Below are positions 28,968 through 38,553 of a DNA stretch of 64,000 nucleotides, in pieces. The translations under genes and the position numbers were made by a program. The notes beneath the pieces are model-generated. The model made no database searches and was not told the DNA's origin. It saw only the letters and a list, made by a program, of their open reading frames with translations. Source of the DNA: Candidatus Aminicenantes bacterium. Its GTDB lineage: Archaea; Nanobdellota; Nanobdellia; Woesearchaeales; JAFCCF01. Position 1 is the first letter of the stretch; every line of letters begins with the position of its first letter. Location: positions 12,950 to 76,949 of the forward strand of contig JAFCCF010000001.1 in assembly GCA_017610325.1 (NCBI GenBank), in the 5' to 3' direction.

Positions 28968-30190
28968 CACCCACTAAGATAATTTATCCATTCCTCTGGC
29001 TTAATTTTTGCCCTGTCAAGTTCTAGGGCAAGGCTATAGCACACCTCACATTTAATAGGTACCTTGGACAATGAAGGTGTACTACCAATTATGTCAACCA
29101 CCTTGCCAGTTCTTTTTAGGATTAACTCTTCGCCTCGCCTGATCAGTTGCCTGAAATTATGGGTGGGTGAAGTGTTTTTAAGGAATTTAGCCATGTTGCT
29201 TGCCCCCATCTGTTCAACCTCTTTACGAAGCTGTTTGATTATCATCGTCTTGTCTTCTGAGACTAAATCCTGTACACAAACACTTGAGGGAAAAACAATG
29301 TAGGGATTCATACCAACATGGCAGCAAGGAAGGTGCCTGATGCATACCTTAGAGCCACTCTTCTCAAAAAATATTTTCATGTCATCAGAGAAGCAGTTAA
29401 GCTCATGGTAACTGTAGTCGTTACTCTTATTTACACAACCAGCGTATATCTTATTATTGTCTACCTCTGACCTAAGCCTGCCAGTTACCATCAACCCATA
29501 ACTTATCAATCTGAACCATTTGAATATACCCAACACAAGATTGCTCTCTTTTAGCCCAAACAATGAGCTCAGTTTTCGGATTGTGTGGCGTGCTTTGTTC
29601 TTGATTTTAAAAAATAGAATCCTGTTCTCCAGAACAATTTTCCCTTCCTTTATGCTAGCATGACAATTGAGGTATTTTTTGACATATCTCAACTTGTATC
29701 TTTTTGAGAGCAGAAGGAAGAAATCATGGGCTAGTTTTTGCAACGAAGGTTCAGTAAAGCATTTGGAATCAACACTTATTGCAACAAAATCAAGTTTTTT
29801 CAAAATATTCAAGATATCCTGGGTTTTCCTATTAAGCGTGTTATTTTTGACACGTTCTTTCAAGAGGACCATCAATTTGCCAGTGTCTCTTGTCGCGGGT
29901 AATTTCTTAAGTTCCAGCTTCAAGATGCTTAGCGGATTAATCACCACCTTTTTTTCTTTGTCGTAGTATGTGGTAAGCGACTCTAAAAATGGTAGATTCA
30001 AAAGGGGATCGCCGCCTGTAACAGATATTTTGTCACTCATCTCTGAGAAGATTCCGAACAGATTCTTCAACGCCTTCTTCTCAGTATTGGTTTTACCAAT
30101 ATCATCAAACTTGATACTTATCTCCCCAAAATGGGAACAGTAGTAGCACTCGTTGTCACACTTTCCTGTTGGAAAAATAATTATCTCCAT
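28967..30190 (-). CDS. Radical SAM protein (divergent)
   Basis: N-terminal CDNECYYC (CX3CX2C), TGGDPLL, ISVD, and extra C-terminal Cys (PCC, CEVC) that may bind an auxiliary cluster. Confidence 0.8.
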   Translation of the reverse strand: MEIIIFPTGKCDNECYYCSHFGEISIKFDDIGKTNTEKKALKNLFGIFSEMSDKISVTGGDPLLNLPFLESLTTYYDKEKKVVINPLSILKLELKKLPATRDTGKLMVLLKERVKNNTLNRKTQDILNILKKLDFVAISVDSKCFTEPSLQKLAHDFFLLLSKRYKLRYVKKYLNCHASIKEGKIVLENRILFFKIKNKARHTIRKLSSLFGLKESNLVLGIFKWFRLISYGLMVTGRLRSEVDNNKIYAGCVNKSNDYSYHELNCFSDDMKIFFEKSGSKVCIRHLPCCHVGMNPYIVFPSSVCVQDLVSEDKTMIIKQLRKEVEQMGASNMAKFLKNTSPTHNFRQLIRRGEELILKRTGKVVDIIGSTPSLSKVPIKCEVCYSLALELDRAKIKPEEWINYLSG

Positions 30191-30193
30191 TTT

Positions 30194-31270
30194 CTAAATC
30201 TTTGACGGCAGCTTTACAAGCCAGTTTTTTATAAAATAAAGGTCCTGCACAATATTTTTTGCTTTGTTACCAAAACTGGTTGGCCAAAGAACCGGATATA
30301 TAAGTGATTTTATCTTATAATTCCAACTTACTTTGAAAAGATTTTCCTTCATAGAATCAAGCAAAATCCTCTTTAGCAAAGAACCCTTTATACCCAACTT
30401 AGTGCGGAAGTCTTCTGGCAAACTACATCTAAAAAACGTTTCGCAGAGCACAAGGCAATAATACACTAATTGGTTTGTGTTTGTCTTTGTGCATTTTTCA
30501 TAGAGTGCTGACCAATTAATTTTTTGTTTTCTTAACATCTCATTAAGTTCATAAAGTGTTCTTAAACCACCTGCAAAAGAATGCCCCATCAGATGTATGC
30601 ACGAATAAATTATTTGGTCTTCCAACTTTAGGATATCTATCTTGTCATCCTTAATCTCAATCGTTTTGGTTTTAAAGGAGGCTTTGAACCCATGGTGACC
30701 AAAGAAAAGCCTATCATGGACCTCAACCAATATTGTCCAGTTTCCAATCTTTTTTCTGCAATCAAAGTGATGGTAATGGGGGTGCCTGTCAACTGAGTAG
30801 CCTTTCCTAATCATTTCTGTTCTTATCTTTTTGGAGTCATTTGAATCAATAAGCAGGTCAATGTCTTGCATTGGCCTTTTAAGCAGATTGATTTTTCTGT
30901 AATGGTTCACGGAGTAACCTTTCAAAAGCACAAACTTGACAGAATGCTTCCAAAACAGTTTACAGAGTTCAGTAAACTCCATTAGCATTAGCATACTGTT
31001 CGCAATAGAATAATCCTTATACCTGACAAGCCTCTGCTCAAACCTCTTAGGCACAGCCAGTCTTAAAGTCCTTACACAATCAAGAGCATCTATATGTAGC
31101 AGATTATTTGAGATAATTTCCCATATAATATCCCACTTAATGGAAACAATAAGCGCCTTAACCCTTTTTCTATCACGATTCAGCAAAGCCAGCATAAATT
31201 CCTCCTCTTTGCCCAGCGAAGGGTTTCTTGATTTCCTGGTTTTGGTCATGGGCTTTTTCACCATGTGCAT
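30194..31270 (-). CDS. Nucleotidyltransferase family protein (NTP_transf_5-like)
   Basis: LLKG...RPMQDIDLLI...VEVH...IHL pattern typical of this family. Confidence 0.85.
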   Translation of the reverse strand: MHMVKKPMTKTRKSRNPSLGKEEEFMLALLNRDRKRVKALIVSIKWDIIWEIISNNLLHIDALDCVRTLRLAVPKRFEQRLVRYKDYSIANSMLMLMEFTELCKLFWKHSVKFVLLKGYSVNHYRKINLLKRPMQDIDLLIDSNDSKKIRTEMIRKGYSVDRHPHYHHFDCRKKIGNWTILVEVHDRLFFGHHGFKASFKTKTIEIKDDKIDILKLEDQIIYSCIHLMGHSFAGGLRTLYELNEMLRKQKINWSALYEKCTKTNTNQLVYYCLVLCETFFRCSLPEDFRTKLGIKGSLLKRILLDSMKENLFKVSWNYKIKSLIYPVLWPTSFGNKAKNIVQDLYFIKNWLVKLPSKI

Positions 31271-31314
31271 AACGAGACAAAAAGTATATATAAAACCTTG
31301 TTTAATTTAAACAT

Positions 31315-32883
31315 ATGTTCTCCAAGAATTTATCACAAAGAAAGATACTCCTTCTAATAATCCTCTTTGCTTTGCTAGTAAGGTTACCCTGGTTGTATAC
31401 AACCATAGAAAGGGATGAAGCAACCAATGCGCTCACTGCCTGGAGGGTTTTGCATGGCGAAACTCTCTACAAGGATATCCACGCCGACAAACCACCCCTA
31501 CTGTATGTTTTTTACCTTGTGCCCATCTCAATATTCGGCAATTCAATTATCCCAATAAGGCTTCTTAACAACCTCCTCTTTGTTTTTTCCATCATCATCT
31601 TTTTCAGGATTGCTGAAAACATCTTTAAGAGAAGGGTCGCAATATACTCAACTATTCTCTTTGCATTTGCCATGAACATCCCTGTATTTGAGGGGCAGTT
31701 GGCAATGTCAGAGTCTTTGCTGACCCTGTTTGTTTTGTTGTCTGTTTATTCTTATTATAAATTTGCAAAAGAACACAAACCAGTTAACTTATTCCTCTCG
31801 TCTTTGTTTATGACACTTTCTGTTCTCACAAAGCATCAGGCAATTATCCTTTGGTTTATGCTGCTAACATTGTTTCTTATCCACACCAAATCTGCAGGTT
31901 TTATCAAGAAAAATCGCCCACTTTTTCTCAAGAGCTTACTATATCTCATATTACCAATGGGTTTTGTGACATTTGCTACACTTATCCTGATGGTCTTCAT
32001 GGAGTTTGATGGAATCTTGATTATAATTAAGCTTAGTGCAATCAGGGCAATATCTACTGTAACTGATTTATTCAAAGCTATTTTTGGTCTTAGACAGATT
32101 GGAGAAGCAAAGGCAGTGGTAACATTGAGCATGTGGCGCTCGTACAAGTATGTCCCATTCGGTTACGTGCTGCTTTATCTTTTGGAGGGTGCTTTCCTCT
32201 TCTTTTTATCCTTGGTTGGTATGTTTAAATTATTCAAGGAAAAGAGCAGACCTAAATGCAACTTTAGCAAGCAACTTGTTATTGTCTGGTTCTCTTTTTC
32301 ACTAATGGTTTCCTTAGTTCCAAAAGCCTTCGGCCATTTTTTTATCTTCCTGATACCACCCGCATCGCTTCTAGCAGGTTTCGCGTTATATAACATTATA
32401 AAGAAAAAGTCTGTTCGCAACAACCTGTTTTTGGTCTTGGTTTTAGTTTTATTAATGGTGTCTCTATTTTTTCAGGTTAAACATTACCCAGACTTTCACA
32501 TCACCTATGGCCCATACAGGATGGGGTTCAGTGATTTTGGTAGTTATTCTGACCAGCTGGCGTTCGGCAAATTCATAAAAGAAACCAAATCAAAGGATGA
32601 TTCCATCATTGTCTTTGGGTGGGCGCCGGTAATCTACTGGCTAAGTGAAACCAAACCAATAACTCAAAGCAGCTTTAATTTCAATGCAGACGACCTATTT
32701 CAGGCAATTCAAGAAAAACAACCGCGATACATAATAATCATGCCATACTCAGATATTGACCACCTATCTATCTTTCCTGTCAGGGGGCTAACTACAGAGA
32801 AAAAAAAGGAGTTCGAGGAATATCTAGAGCATTACATACTTTCAAACGTTGAAGGTATTAGGGTATATTCAAAGAAAGAATAA
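31315..32883 (+). CDS. GT-C fold glycosyltransferase (ArnT/PMT, GT39/83-like)
   Basis: First loop ERDE...LYKDIHADKPPL, multiple TM helices, C-terminal external domain. Confidence 0.85.
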   Translation: MFSKNLSQRKILLLIILFALLVRLPWLYTTIERDEATNALTAWRVLHGETLYKDIHADKPPLLYVFYLVPISIFGNSIIPIRLLNNLLFVFSIIIFFRIAENIFKRRVAIYSTILFAFAMNIPVFEGQLAMSESLLTLFVLLSVYSYYKFAKEHKPVNLFLSSLFMTLSVLTKHQAIILWFMLLTLFLIHTKSAGFIKKNRPLFLKSLLYLILPMGFVTFATLILMVFMEFDGILIIIKLSAIRAISTVTDLFKAIFGLRQIGEAKAVVTLSMWRSYKYVPFGYVLLYLLEGAFLFFLSLVGMFKLFKEKSRPKCNFSKQLVIVWFSFSLMVSLVPKAFGHFFIFLIPPASLLAGFALYNIIKKKSVRNNLFLVLVLVLLMVSLFFQVKHYPDFHITYGPYRMGFSDFGSYSDQLAFGKFIKETKSKDDSIIVFGWAPVIYWLSETKPITQSSFNFNADDLFQAIQEKQPRYIIIMPYSDIDHLSIFPVRGLTTEKKKEFEEYLEHYILSNVEGIRVYSKKE

Positions 32884-32889
32884 AGCGTC

Positions 32890-33945
32890 CTACCCCAACA
32901 GTTCTTTTAGAATCTTACTGTTATTTTCATCAATACTGTTGTATGCAAATCTCATGCTGACAACGGAATAATTATAACAAGAATTGAACTCACCCATTCC
33001 GCCCTCCATGGATTTTATATCTCCAGCGTATGCTTTTGCTTTGTCAGCATCCCCTTGTTTATAACTGTCCAGGGCCAGTTGTATTGTAGTATCACAAAAT
33101 ACCCTTCCATCTTGGGCTTCATTTATTATATCATGGTAAATCAAAACTGCTGTATCCTGCTCTCCCTGTAATTTATAAAGTGCAGCTAATATATTTTTCA
33201 ACATCAACAAACTATCGCCCTGGAATGTTGAAGGGTATTTTGGACTCTGCATTATGTCTTTTAAATACTTAGTAGCATTTTTAATGTCAAGACCCCATTG
33301 ACTAGCCATCAGGGGATAAATGTGCAGGTGTAGCTCTTGTAGGTCTGGTCTCTGAGAAGCCACCCTGAGACCATCAATATTTTTTGTCTTACTAAAAAAA
33401 TCAACCAACAGTATAGGTAAAATCCTTGCCTCTTTGGTGTCTAGATTAGAGGTTTCTACCGATTCTGCCCTCTCAATTATGGCTACTTCTTCTTCTGGGG
33501 TAGGTGATTTAGAAAGATTTGCCCCTACTAATTCCAGGTCATAGACAATTCGTGTTAGATAGAAAAAATTTGCAAGATTCACTCTATCGTTCCAAGTGAA
33601 ATTTAATAGGGTTGATATGTTATAGTACTCTTGACTTTTTTTAAAGACGTTACTAAGCATTTTAAGGTCTTCATCTTCACTTAGTGTATCTTTAATATCG
33701 TCGTAACCACCCGTTAAAAAGAGGTCACTCTGGTATAAGAAATCTAGGTATTCGTCAGCGAATGCCTCCACCTCTGCATTGGATGGGGTAGCTGTAGTTT
33801 GGGGAGTAGTTGTTGTCGAGGTTGTATCACCTGGTTCTGTTTTCCAAGGTGCGAACAATAAGACAACCACCCCTATACATGCAATTAGAATTATAACGAG
33901 TAGAACTGATTTTTTCACCTTCTTTTTTTCTTTTGACTTAGCCAA
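32890..33945 (-). CDS. Membrane-anchored hypothetical protein with Thr-rich linker and helical (TPR-like) body
   Basis: Basic N-terminus, one TM helix, TTSTTTTPQTT linker, acidic helical domain. Confidence 0.65.
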   Translation of the reverse strand: MAKSKEKKKVKKSVLLVIILIACIGVVVLLFAPWKTEPGDTTSTTTTPQTTATPSNAEVEAFADEYLDFLYQSDLFLTGGYDDIKDTLSEDEDLKMLSNVFKKSQEYYNISTLLNFTWNDRVNLANFFYLTRIVYDLELVGANLSKSPTPEEEVAIIERAESVETSNLDTKEARILPILLVDFFSKTKNIDGLRVASQRPDLQELHLHIYPLMASQWGLDIKNATKYLKDIMQSPKYPSTFQGDSLLMLKNILAALYKLQGEQDTAVLIYHDIINEAQDGRVFCDTTIQLALDSYKQGDADKAKAYAGDIKSMEGGMGEFNSCYNYSVVSMRFAYNSIDENNSKILKELLG

Positions 33946-34034
33946 CTTACCCCAACAATATTATTATTATTTTGTTCCTTAAATATTTATCGGAAAACTA
34001 AAACTATTTAAATAAAGTTAATTCCTAATCCAGC

Positions 34035-34862
34035 ATGCAAGAAGATGCTCATGTCTCTCTGGAGCTGTTAGGCATAGTGTTTAAGATACACATCAAGAAT
34101 GAAGATTATCACAGAATCATTTCAGAGCAATACAAAAATTTTTTAACAAAAAGAAGAGAAGATTATTTTCTGAGCGTAGATTTTGCAAAAACATCGCAAA
34201 AAGAAAAGGATGCATGCATTAAGATTGATAAGGTGGGGGATTCTTTTGTCATTGGAAACTCATTTTTCAGGGGCACATTCTATCCGGGACGGAAAAAATC
34301 ACAGGTAACGCTTTTTAGGACCCCGCTTAAGCAGATATATGCGCCAGGAGTTTTATCTGATTTTTTGGCAACATGTTATTCCATACTTTTACTTGATAAA
34401 GGATACTTCATCTTACACAGCTCAGGCTTGGTAAAAGATAGAAAAGGGTACATTTTTTGCGGTCAAAGTGGTGCTGGCAAAACAACAATCGCAGAGAAGA
34501 GCGGGGCAGTTGTGCTAAATGATGACTTTGTCTTTGTCAAGGCAAGCAACGGGAAATGGAATGTGTACGGCACGCCTTTTTCAGCCACATTTCCTGGAGT
34601 AAATAAGGCCCATAAACTAGATAAAATCTTCTTAATCAAACATGCCAAAACCAATTACACGCGTAGGCTTAAGAAGATTAATGCAATAGGTCCATTGCTT
34701 TCACATATGGTCTTAGTTGGTAGGATGATGGAGGGAAATTATCTTGACCACAATCGAAAGATATTTAACCTTCTTGTGGATATTGTAAAATCTGTCCCGG
34801 TGTACTGGCTGGGTTTCACATCAGATTGCTCGTTTTTGGGTGAACTGGATGAATTTAAATAA
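34035..34862 (+). CDS. HPr-kinase-like P-loop protein (RiPP-associated kinase type)
   Basis: LHSSGLV...IFCGQSGAGKTT...LNDD signature of the HprK C-terminal fold; immediately upstream of PqqD. Confidence 0.85.
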   Translation: MQEDAHVSLELLGIVFKIHIKNEDYHRIISEQYKNFLTKRREDYFLSVDFAKTSQKEKDACIKIDKVGDSFVIGNSFFRGTFYPGRKKSQVTLFRTPLKQIYAPGVLSDFLATCYSILLLDKGYFILHSSGLVKDRKGYIFCGQSGAGKTTIAEKSGAVVLNDDFVFVKASNGKWNVYGTPFSATFPGVNKAHKLDKIFLIKHAKTNYTRRLKKINAIGPLLSHMVLVGRMMEGNYLDHNRKIFNLLVDIVKSVPVYWLGFTSDCSFLGELDEFK

Positions 34863-35163
34863 CTATGTTAAGATCAAATCTCATGTAGAGTGGAAACAGG
34901 TAGATAAAGAAATCATAATATTTGATACAAAAAATACCTCATTCTACAAACCAAATGAGACCGGGGCCCTTATCTGGTGGAGCCTGGTAAAGGGGAACAA
35001 CCTCCTGGCTGCTTTGAAATCAGTGCAGAATTCCTGCGAAGCAGATTCAGCTGAATTGCAGAAGGATGTAATTGATTTTCTAAATGAACTCGTTGCAAAG
35101 GATTTGGTTCAGCCAATCGCCAAAAAACCCTCAAGTGTTAAGGAACAGATTAATTTGAGTTAG
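34849..35163 (+). CDS. Stand-alone PqqD-family RiPP recognition element (RRE)
   Basis: EIIIFD...FYKPNETGALIW..L...DVIDFLNELVAKDLV PqqD pattern; SD GGGTGA before ATG 34849. Confidence 0.9.
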   Translation: MNLNNYVKIKSHVEWKQVDKEIIIFDTKNTSFYKPNETGALIWWSLVKGNNLLAALKSVQNSCEADSAELQKDVIDFLNELVAKDLVQPIAKKPSSVKEQINLS

Positions 35164-36317
35164 GGTGGCAGGTATTTCTTAAGAAAACTAAATAGTATCT
35201 TTCTATCTTCTCCCTCTACCTGTGATATTATCCATTTGCAGCAATCAAAGTAAATTAGCTTCATCATACAGCCTTCCATGGTGTGCTTGAAAGAGTTACC
35301 CGTTTCAACGAAATTCCTGTAAACACAGGGACACTTGATGCAATAGTCCCGCATCCTACATTTCTTGCACTCGTTGTTTGTTAGGGAATATTCTTCAACG
35401 CACTGAGCATACATCTTGAATTTTACTGAATCAAATTTGCTAATTTTTCCAAAATCATTTTTGTCTAGATACAGGAACTGTCCACAACCATACACCTTTC
35501 CTTCTGGTGAAACAGTGAAAGTCTGGCCAGCTGCACTGCAGCATGAGTGCGGAACAACCTTCCCAAGTACCTCCCGGTCATAAATAGTTTTCAGGATATT
35601 GCAATATTCTATAAGATGGGGCACTGCTTTGTTCTTTTTAATATATTCAATGAACCACTCAGCAATTTTTAATCTATTATTCCTCAATCTTACTTTATTT
35701 TTTCTTTTGATTAAATTGATATCCTCCATTACAATAATATCATTTGGTTGTAGACTAGTTATGAAGTCAAGGTTTTTCTTAACATCCCTATCAGAAAACA
35801 AATATACATACTTGATTCCCAGGTGATTGGATATTTTATTTAGTCTCTTGATGTTTTTAACTACTACCTCCCAGGTTGGCTTACCCTGTTTTGTTCTTCT
35901 CCTAGAATCATGATTCTCTTTGACTCCATCCAAGCTGACGTCAACCATCAAATTGTGTTTTTTAATCAAATCCTGAATCCTTTTATTTAGGATAGTGAGG
36001 TTTGACGTGAATCTTATTTTAAGTTCTTTGTTTAACTGCTTTGCTTTTCTGTAGGCATATTCGCTAACAACATCAATAAGTTCAGGTTCCAGAAACGGTT
36101 CACCACCTATAAAATCCAATGAAAGCTTTTTTTCCTTGCTCTCAAACAACAGGTCAACAGCCATTTTGGCATCATCCAAAGAAATCCTCCTGTCGTTCTT
36201 TTCACCAACTAAACAATAAGAACAATTTAGATTACAATTCCTATTAAGGAAAATATCAACTCTTCTGTGACGCATTTTAACATCATATATGTCAGAAAAT
36301 AACTTTCTTGCCCCCAT
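35160..36317 (-). CDS. Radical SAM/SPASM peptide maturase
   Basis: CNLNCSYC, IGGEPFL, VSLDG...HDSRR, SPASM Cys pattern CSAAG...VYGC...CKKC...CIKCPC...C. Confidence 0.92.
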   Translation of the reverse strand: MGARKLFSDIYDVKMRHRRVDIFLNRNCNLNCSYCLVGEKNDRRISLDDAKMAVDLLFESKEKKLSLDFIGGEPFLEPELIDVVSEYAYRKAKQLNKELKIRFTSNLTILNKRIQDLIKKHNLMVDVSLDGVKENHDSRRRTKQGKPTWEVVVKNIKRLNKISNHLGIKYVYLFSDRDVKKNLDFITSLQPNDIIVMEDINLIKRKNKVRLRNNRLKIAEWFIEYIKKNKAVPHLIEYCNILKTIYDREVLGKVVPHSCCSAAGQTFTVSPEGKVYGCGQFLYLDKNDFGKISKFDSVKFKMYAQCVEEYSLTNNECKKCRMRDYCIKCPCVYRNFVETGNSFKHTMEGCMMKLIYFDCCKWIISQVEGEDRKILFSFLKKYLPP

Positions 36318-36318
36318 C

Positions 36319-36429
36319 TTAACAGGGTGTTAAAGCAGGACCAGTAACACAGGTTATCGCACCGAAGTGAATTTTCTCTTTGATACAAATTAACTTTGGC
36401 TTAACATACTCCTTCTTTTTTTTATGCAT
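36319..36429 (-). CDS. Putative RiPP precursor peptide (36 aa), absent from the ORF track
   Basis: Hand translation: MHKKKKEYVKPKLICIKEKIHFGAITCVTGPALTPC. It carries the YxxPxL RRE-binding motif, ends 1 nt before the SPASM ATG, and has a TATA-like TTTATATA ~25 nt upstream. Confidence 0.85.
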   Translation of the reverse strand: MHKKKKEYVKPKLICIKEKIHFGAITCVTGPALTPC

Positions 36430-36476
36430 AGTTAATAAATATAATGACAAGATATATAAATCTTTTTGTTTTTAAG

Positions 36477-36986
36477 ATGTCCATGAATAAGGATATATCT
36501 AGTATGTTAAAACAGTTTGTTAGGGAGAAAAAACTACCTATTAAAATATCTGGCGAGAGCATGCAGCCACTGATAAGGTCTGGTGAAAAGGTTATAATAG
36601 TTAGTGCTAATGCCCTTAAACCAGGGGATATAATCTGTGCCAAGGGCTCCTGCGGAATAATGGTGCATAGGATAATAAGGCGCTTAAAAAATCAGCGTTT
36701 CCTGGTTAAAGGAGATAATAATTTTATAGGGGACCCTATACTAAGCAACAAAGACGTAATTGGGAAGGTGATTGCAATTAGGTCTGGCAAGATAAGGATA
36801 AACACAATGCCGTGGCGCTTTGCTAACAGAATGATTGCGTTGTTTTCTTACCTACAACTGGCCGTTTATGCTGGTTTTATGGCTAAAAGTAGCTCAGGAG
36901 ACAAGTTTTCTAAGCAGTTCAAAAACGCAGTTGTTATGATTTCAAACCCTTTCTTGTTTATTGTCCACATTCTTCACAAACAATGA
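36477..36986 (+). CDS. S24/S26 signal-peptidase-like protease (candidate leader peptidase)
   Basis: SGESMQPLI (Ser), GDII, MVHR (His), KGDNN...D. No N-terminal TM anchor. Divergent from the precursor. The start could be 36477 or 36483. Confidence 0.82.
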   Translation: MSMNKDISSMLKQFVREKKLPIKISGESMQPLIRSGEKVIIVSANALKPGDIICAKGSCGIMVHRIIRRLKNQRFLVKGDNNFIGDPILSNKDVIGKVIAIRSGKIRINTMPWRFANRMIALFSYLQLAVYAGFMAKSSSGDKFSKQFKNAVVMISNPFLFIVHILHKQ

Positions 36987-38536
36987 AAAATAAAATACTG
37001 CTTGTGTATACCCCAAGGCCTTTTAGGGATTATTCAGATAAGGATGATTTCTATGAAGTTCCTCTTGGACTTCTGTCTATTGCATCAACCTTAAAAGGCA
37101 ACGGGTTTGACATAGAAATAATTGATGGAAACTTGGATAAAAATTATCAGGAAAAGGTGGGGCAAGCCAGCCAGGATGCGCTTTTTGTTGGGCTCAGTGT
37201 GATGACCACTCAAATAAAGGAAGCACTGGAGGTTTCAAAGCTTGTTAGAAGGGTTAACAGCAATACCCCAATTGTTTGGGGCGGCGTCCATCCATCCCTT
37301 GTTCCAATTCAAACCTGTGAAAACCCTTATGTGGATATTGTAGTATATGGCCAGGGAGAGATGACCACACTTGATTTGGCAAAAAAACTACAGAGCAAAG
37401 AACAACTTTCCAATGTACAGGGCATATACTATAAGAAAAATAACAAAGTTTTCAGGAATCAGGTAAGACAACCAACTGAGCTGGATGATATCCCTCCACT
37501 AAACCTGGGGTTAATTGATTTGCAGGACTATCTGAAAATAAATTACACCCTATGGAAAAACTCACTAAGGTTTTCAAGGCACAGTTTGAGGAAAGGGGAT
37601 GAGGTTATAAATAGGTTCCCACTATATACTGGGAGGGGGTGTCCGTATAATTGCGCATTCTGTACTATCCCTATAGTGTATGGCCCTAAAGGTGATTATG
37701 GGAAAAAGGTGTACATGAAAAAATCTGCTAAGAAAATCCTGGACGAGATGGAACATCTGATTAAAGAGAAAAACATACAACTTATTCTCTTCCAGGATGA
37801 GTTGTTTTTTAATGACAGGAAAACAATAGAAGATTTTCTGGATGAGCTGGAGGCAAGGGAGCTGAAGATTAAGTGGACAGTACTAGTGAGGGCAAGTTTC
37901 TTTACCAACTGCTATAAACCAGGCAATCTGATAGAACGAATCAGGAAAAATGGGTGCATTGCTCTGCTTATGGGAGCAGAATCAGGTTCAAATAAAACCC
38001 TTAGAGCTATGAAAAAAGACCTTACCAGAGAGCAACTGCTTACAACAACCAAGTTACTTGCGAAGCACAAAACCTATTTCTCGTATTCTTTTATTGTTGG
38101 GTTTCCTGGAGAAAATAAGAAAGATTTGCTAGCGACTTTAGATATTATGAAAGAAATGAAAAAAATTGCAGGGAGATATGTTGATGTATGCTTGCCGCAT
38201 ATATTCATGCTGTTTCCAAGAAGCGATTTGTGGAGCATTTGTGAAAAGTATGGCTACAAAGAACCCGGTTCTCTCCAGGAATGGGCCGGGCGTGCCATAG
38301 ATGATACCCTCAGCACAGATTTTCGGAAACTACCATGGATACCAAAATCTAACTATTCTTTAATAAGATTCCTCATGCTGGATGGTGCAAGCGCAATTCC
38401 AAATGGGAAATTATTAAAATGGATATACAACCAGATTTACCAGGTTAGAAGAAAGACTAGGTATTTTGGATTCCCTATTGAGATATTTGCGTGGAAGTAC
38501 TACGGAAAACTGAAGTTGAGACTTTTTGGCCATTGA
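36983..38536 (+). CDS. B12-binding radical SAM protein #2 (paralog of 25983-27536)
   Basis: PLGLLSIAS, VWGGVHPSLVP, GRGCPYNCAFC, GAESGS, DFRKLPW. Confidence 0.92.
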   Translation: MKNKILLVYTPRPFRDYSDKDDFYEVPLGLLSIASTLKGNGFDIEIIDGNLDKNYQEKVGQASQDALFVGLSVMTTQIKEALEVSKLVRRVNSNTPIVWGGVHPSLVPIQTCENPYVDIVVYGQGEMTTLDLAKKLQSKEQLSNVQGIYYKKNNKVFRNQVRQPTELDDIPPLNLGLIDLQDYLKINYTLWKNSLRFSRHSLRKGDEVINRFPLYTGRGCPYNCAFCTIPIVYGPKGDYGKKVYMKKSAKKILDEMEHLIKEKNIQLILFQDELFFNDRKTIEDFLDELEARELKIKWTVLVRASFFTNCYKPGNLIERIRKNGCIALLMGAESGSNKTLRAMKKDLTREQLLTTTKLLAKHKTYFSYSFIVGFPGENKKDLLATLDIMKEMKKIAGRYVDVCLPHIFMLFPRSDLWSICEKYGYKEPGSLQEWAGRAIDDTLSTDFRKLPWIPKSNYSLIRFLMLDGASAIPNGKLLKWIYNQIYQVRRKTRYFGFPIEIFAWKYYGKLKLRLFGH

Positions 38537-38553
38537 TTTTGGTTTCTAGCGAG

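Noticed and set aside
34035..36986. Calling the cluster a lasso peptide BGC
   Set aside because: The YxxPxL leader, RRE, kinase and NTase fit, but there is no asparagine-synthetase-like cyclase or transglutaminase-like B2 protease in the window, and the core has no Asp/Glu ring acceptor.
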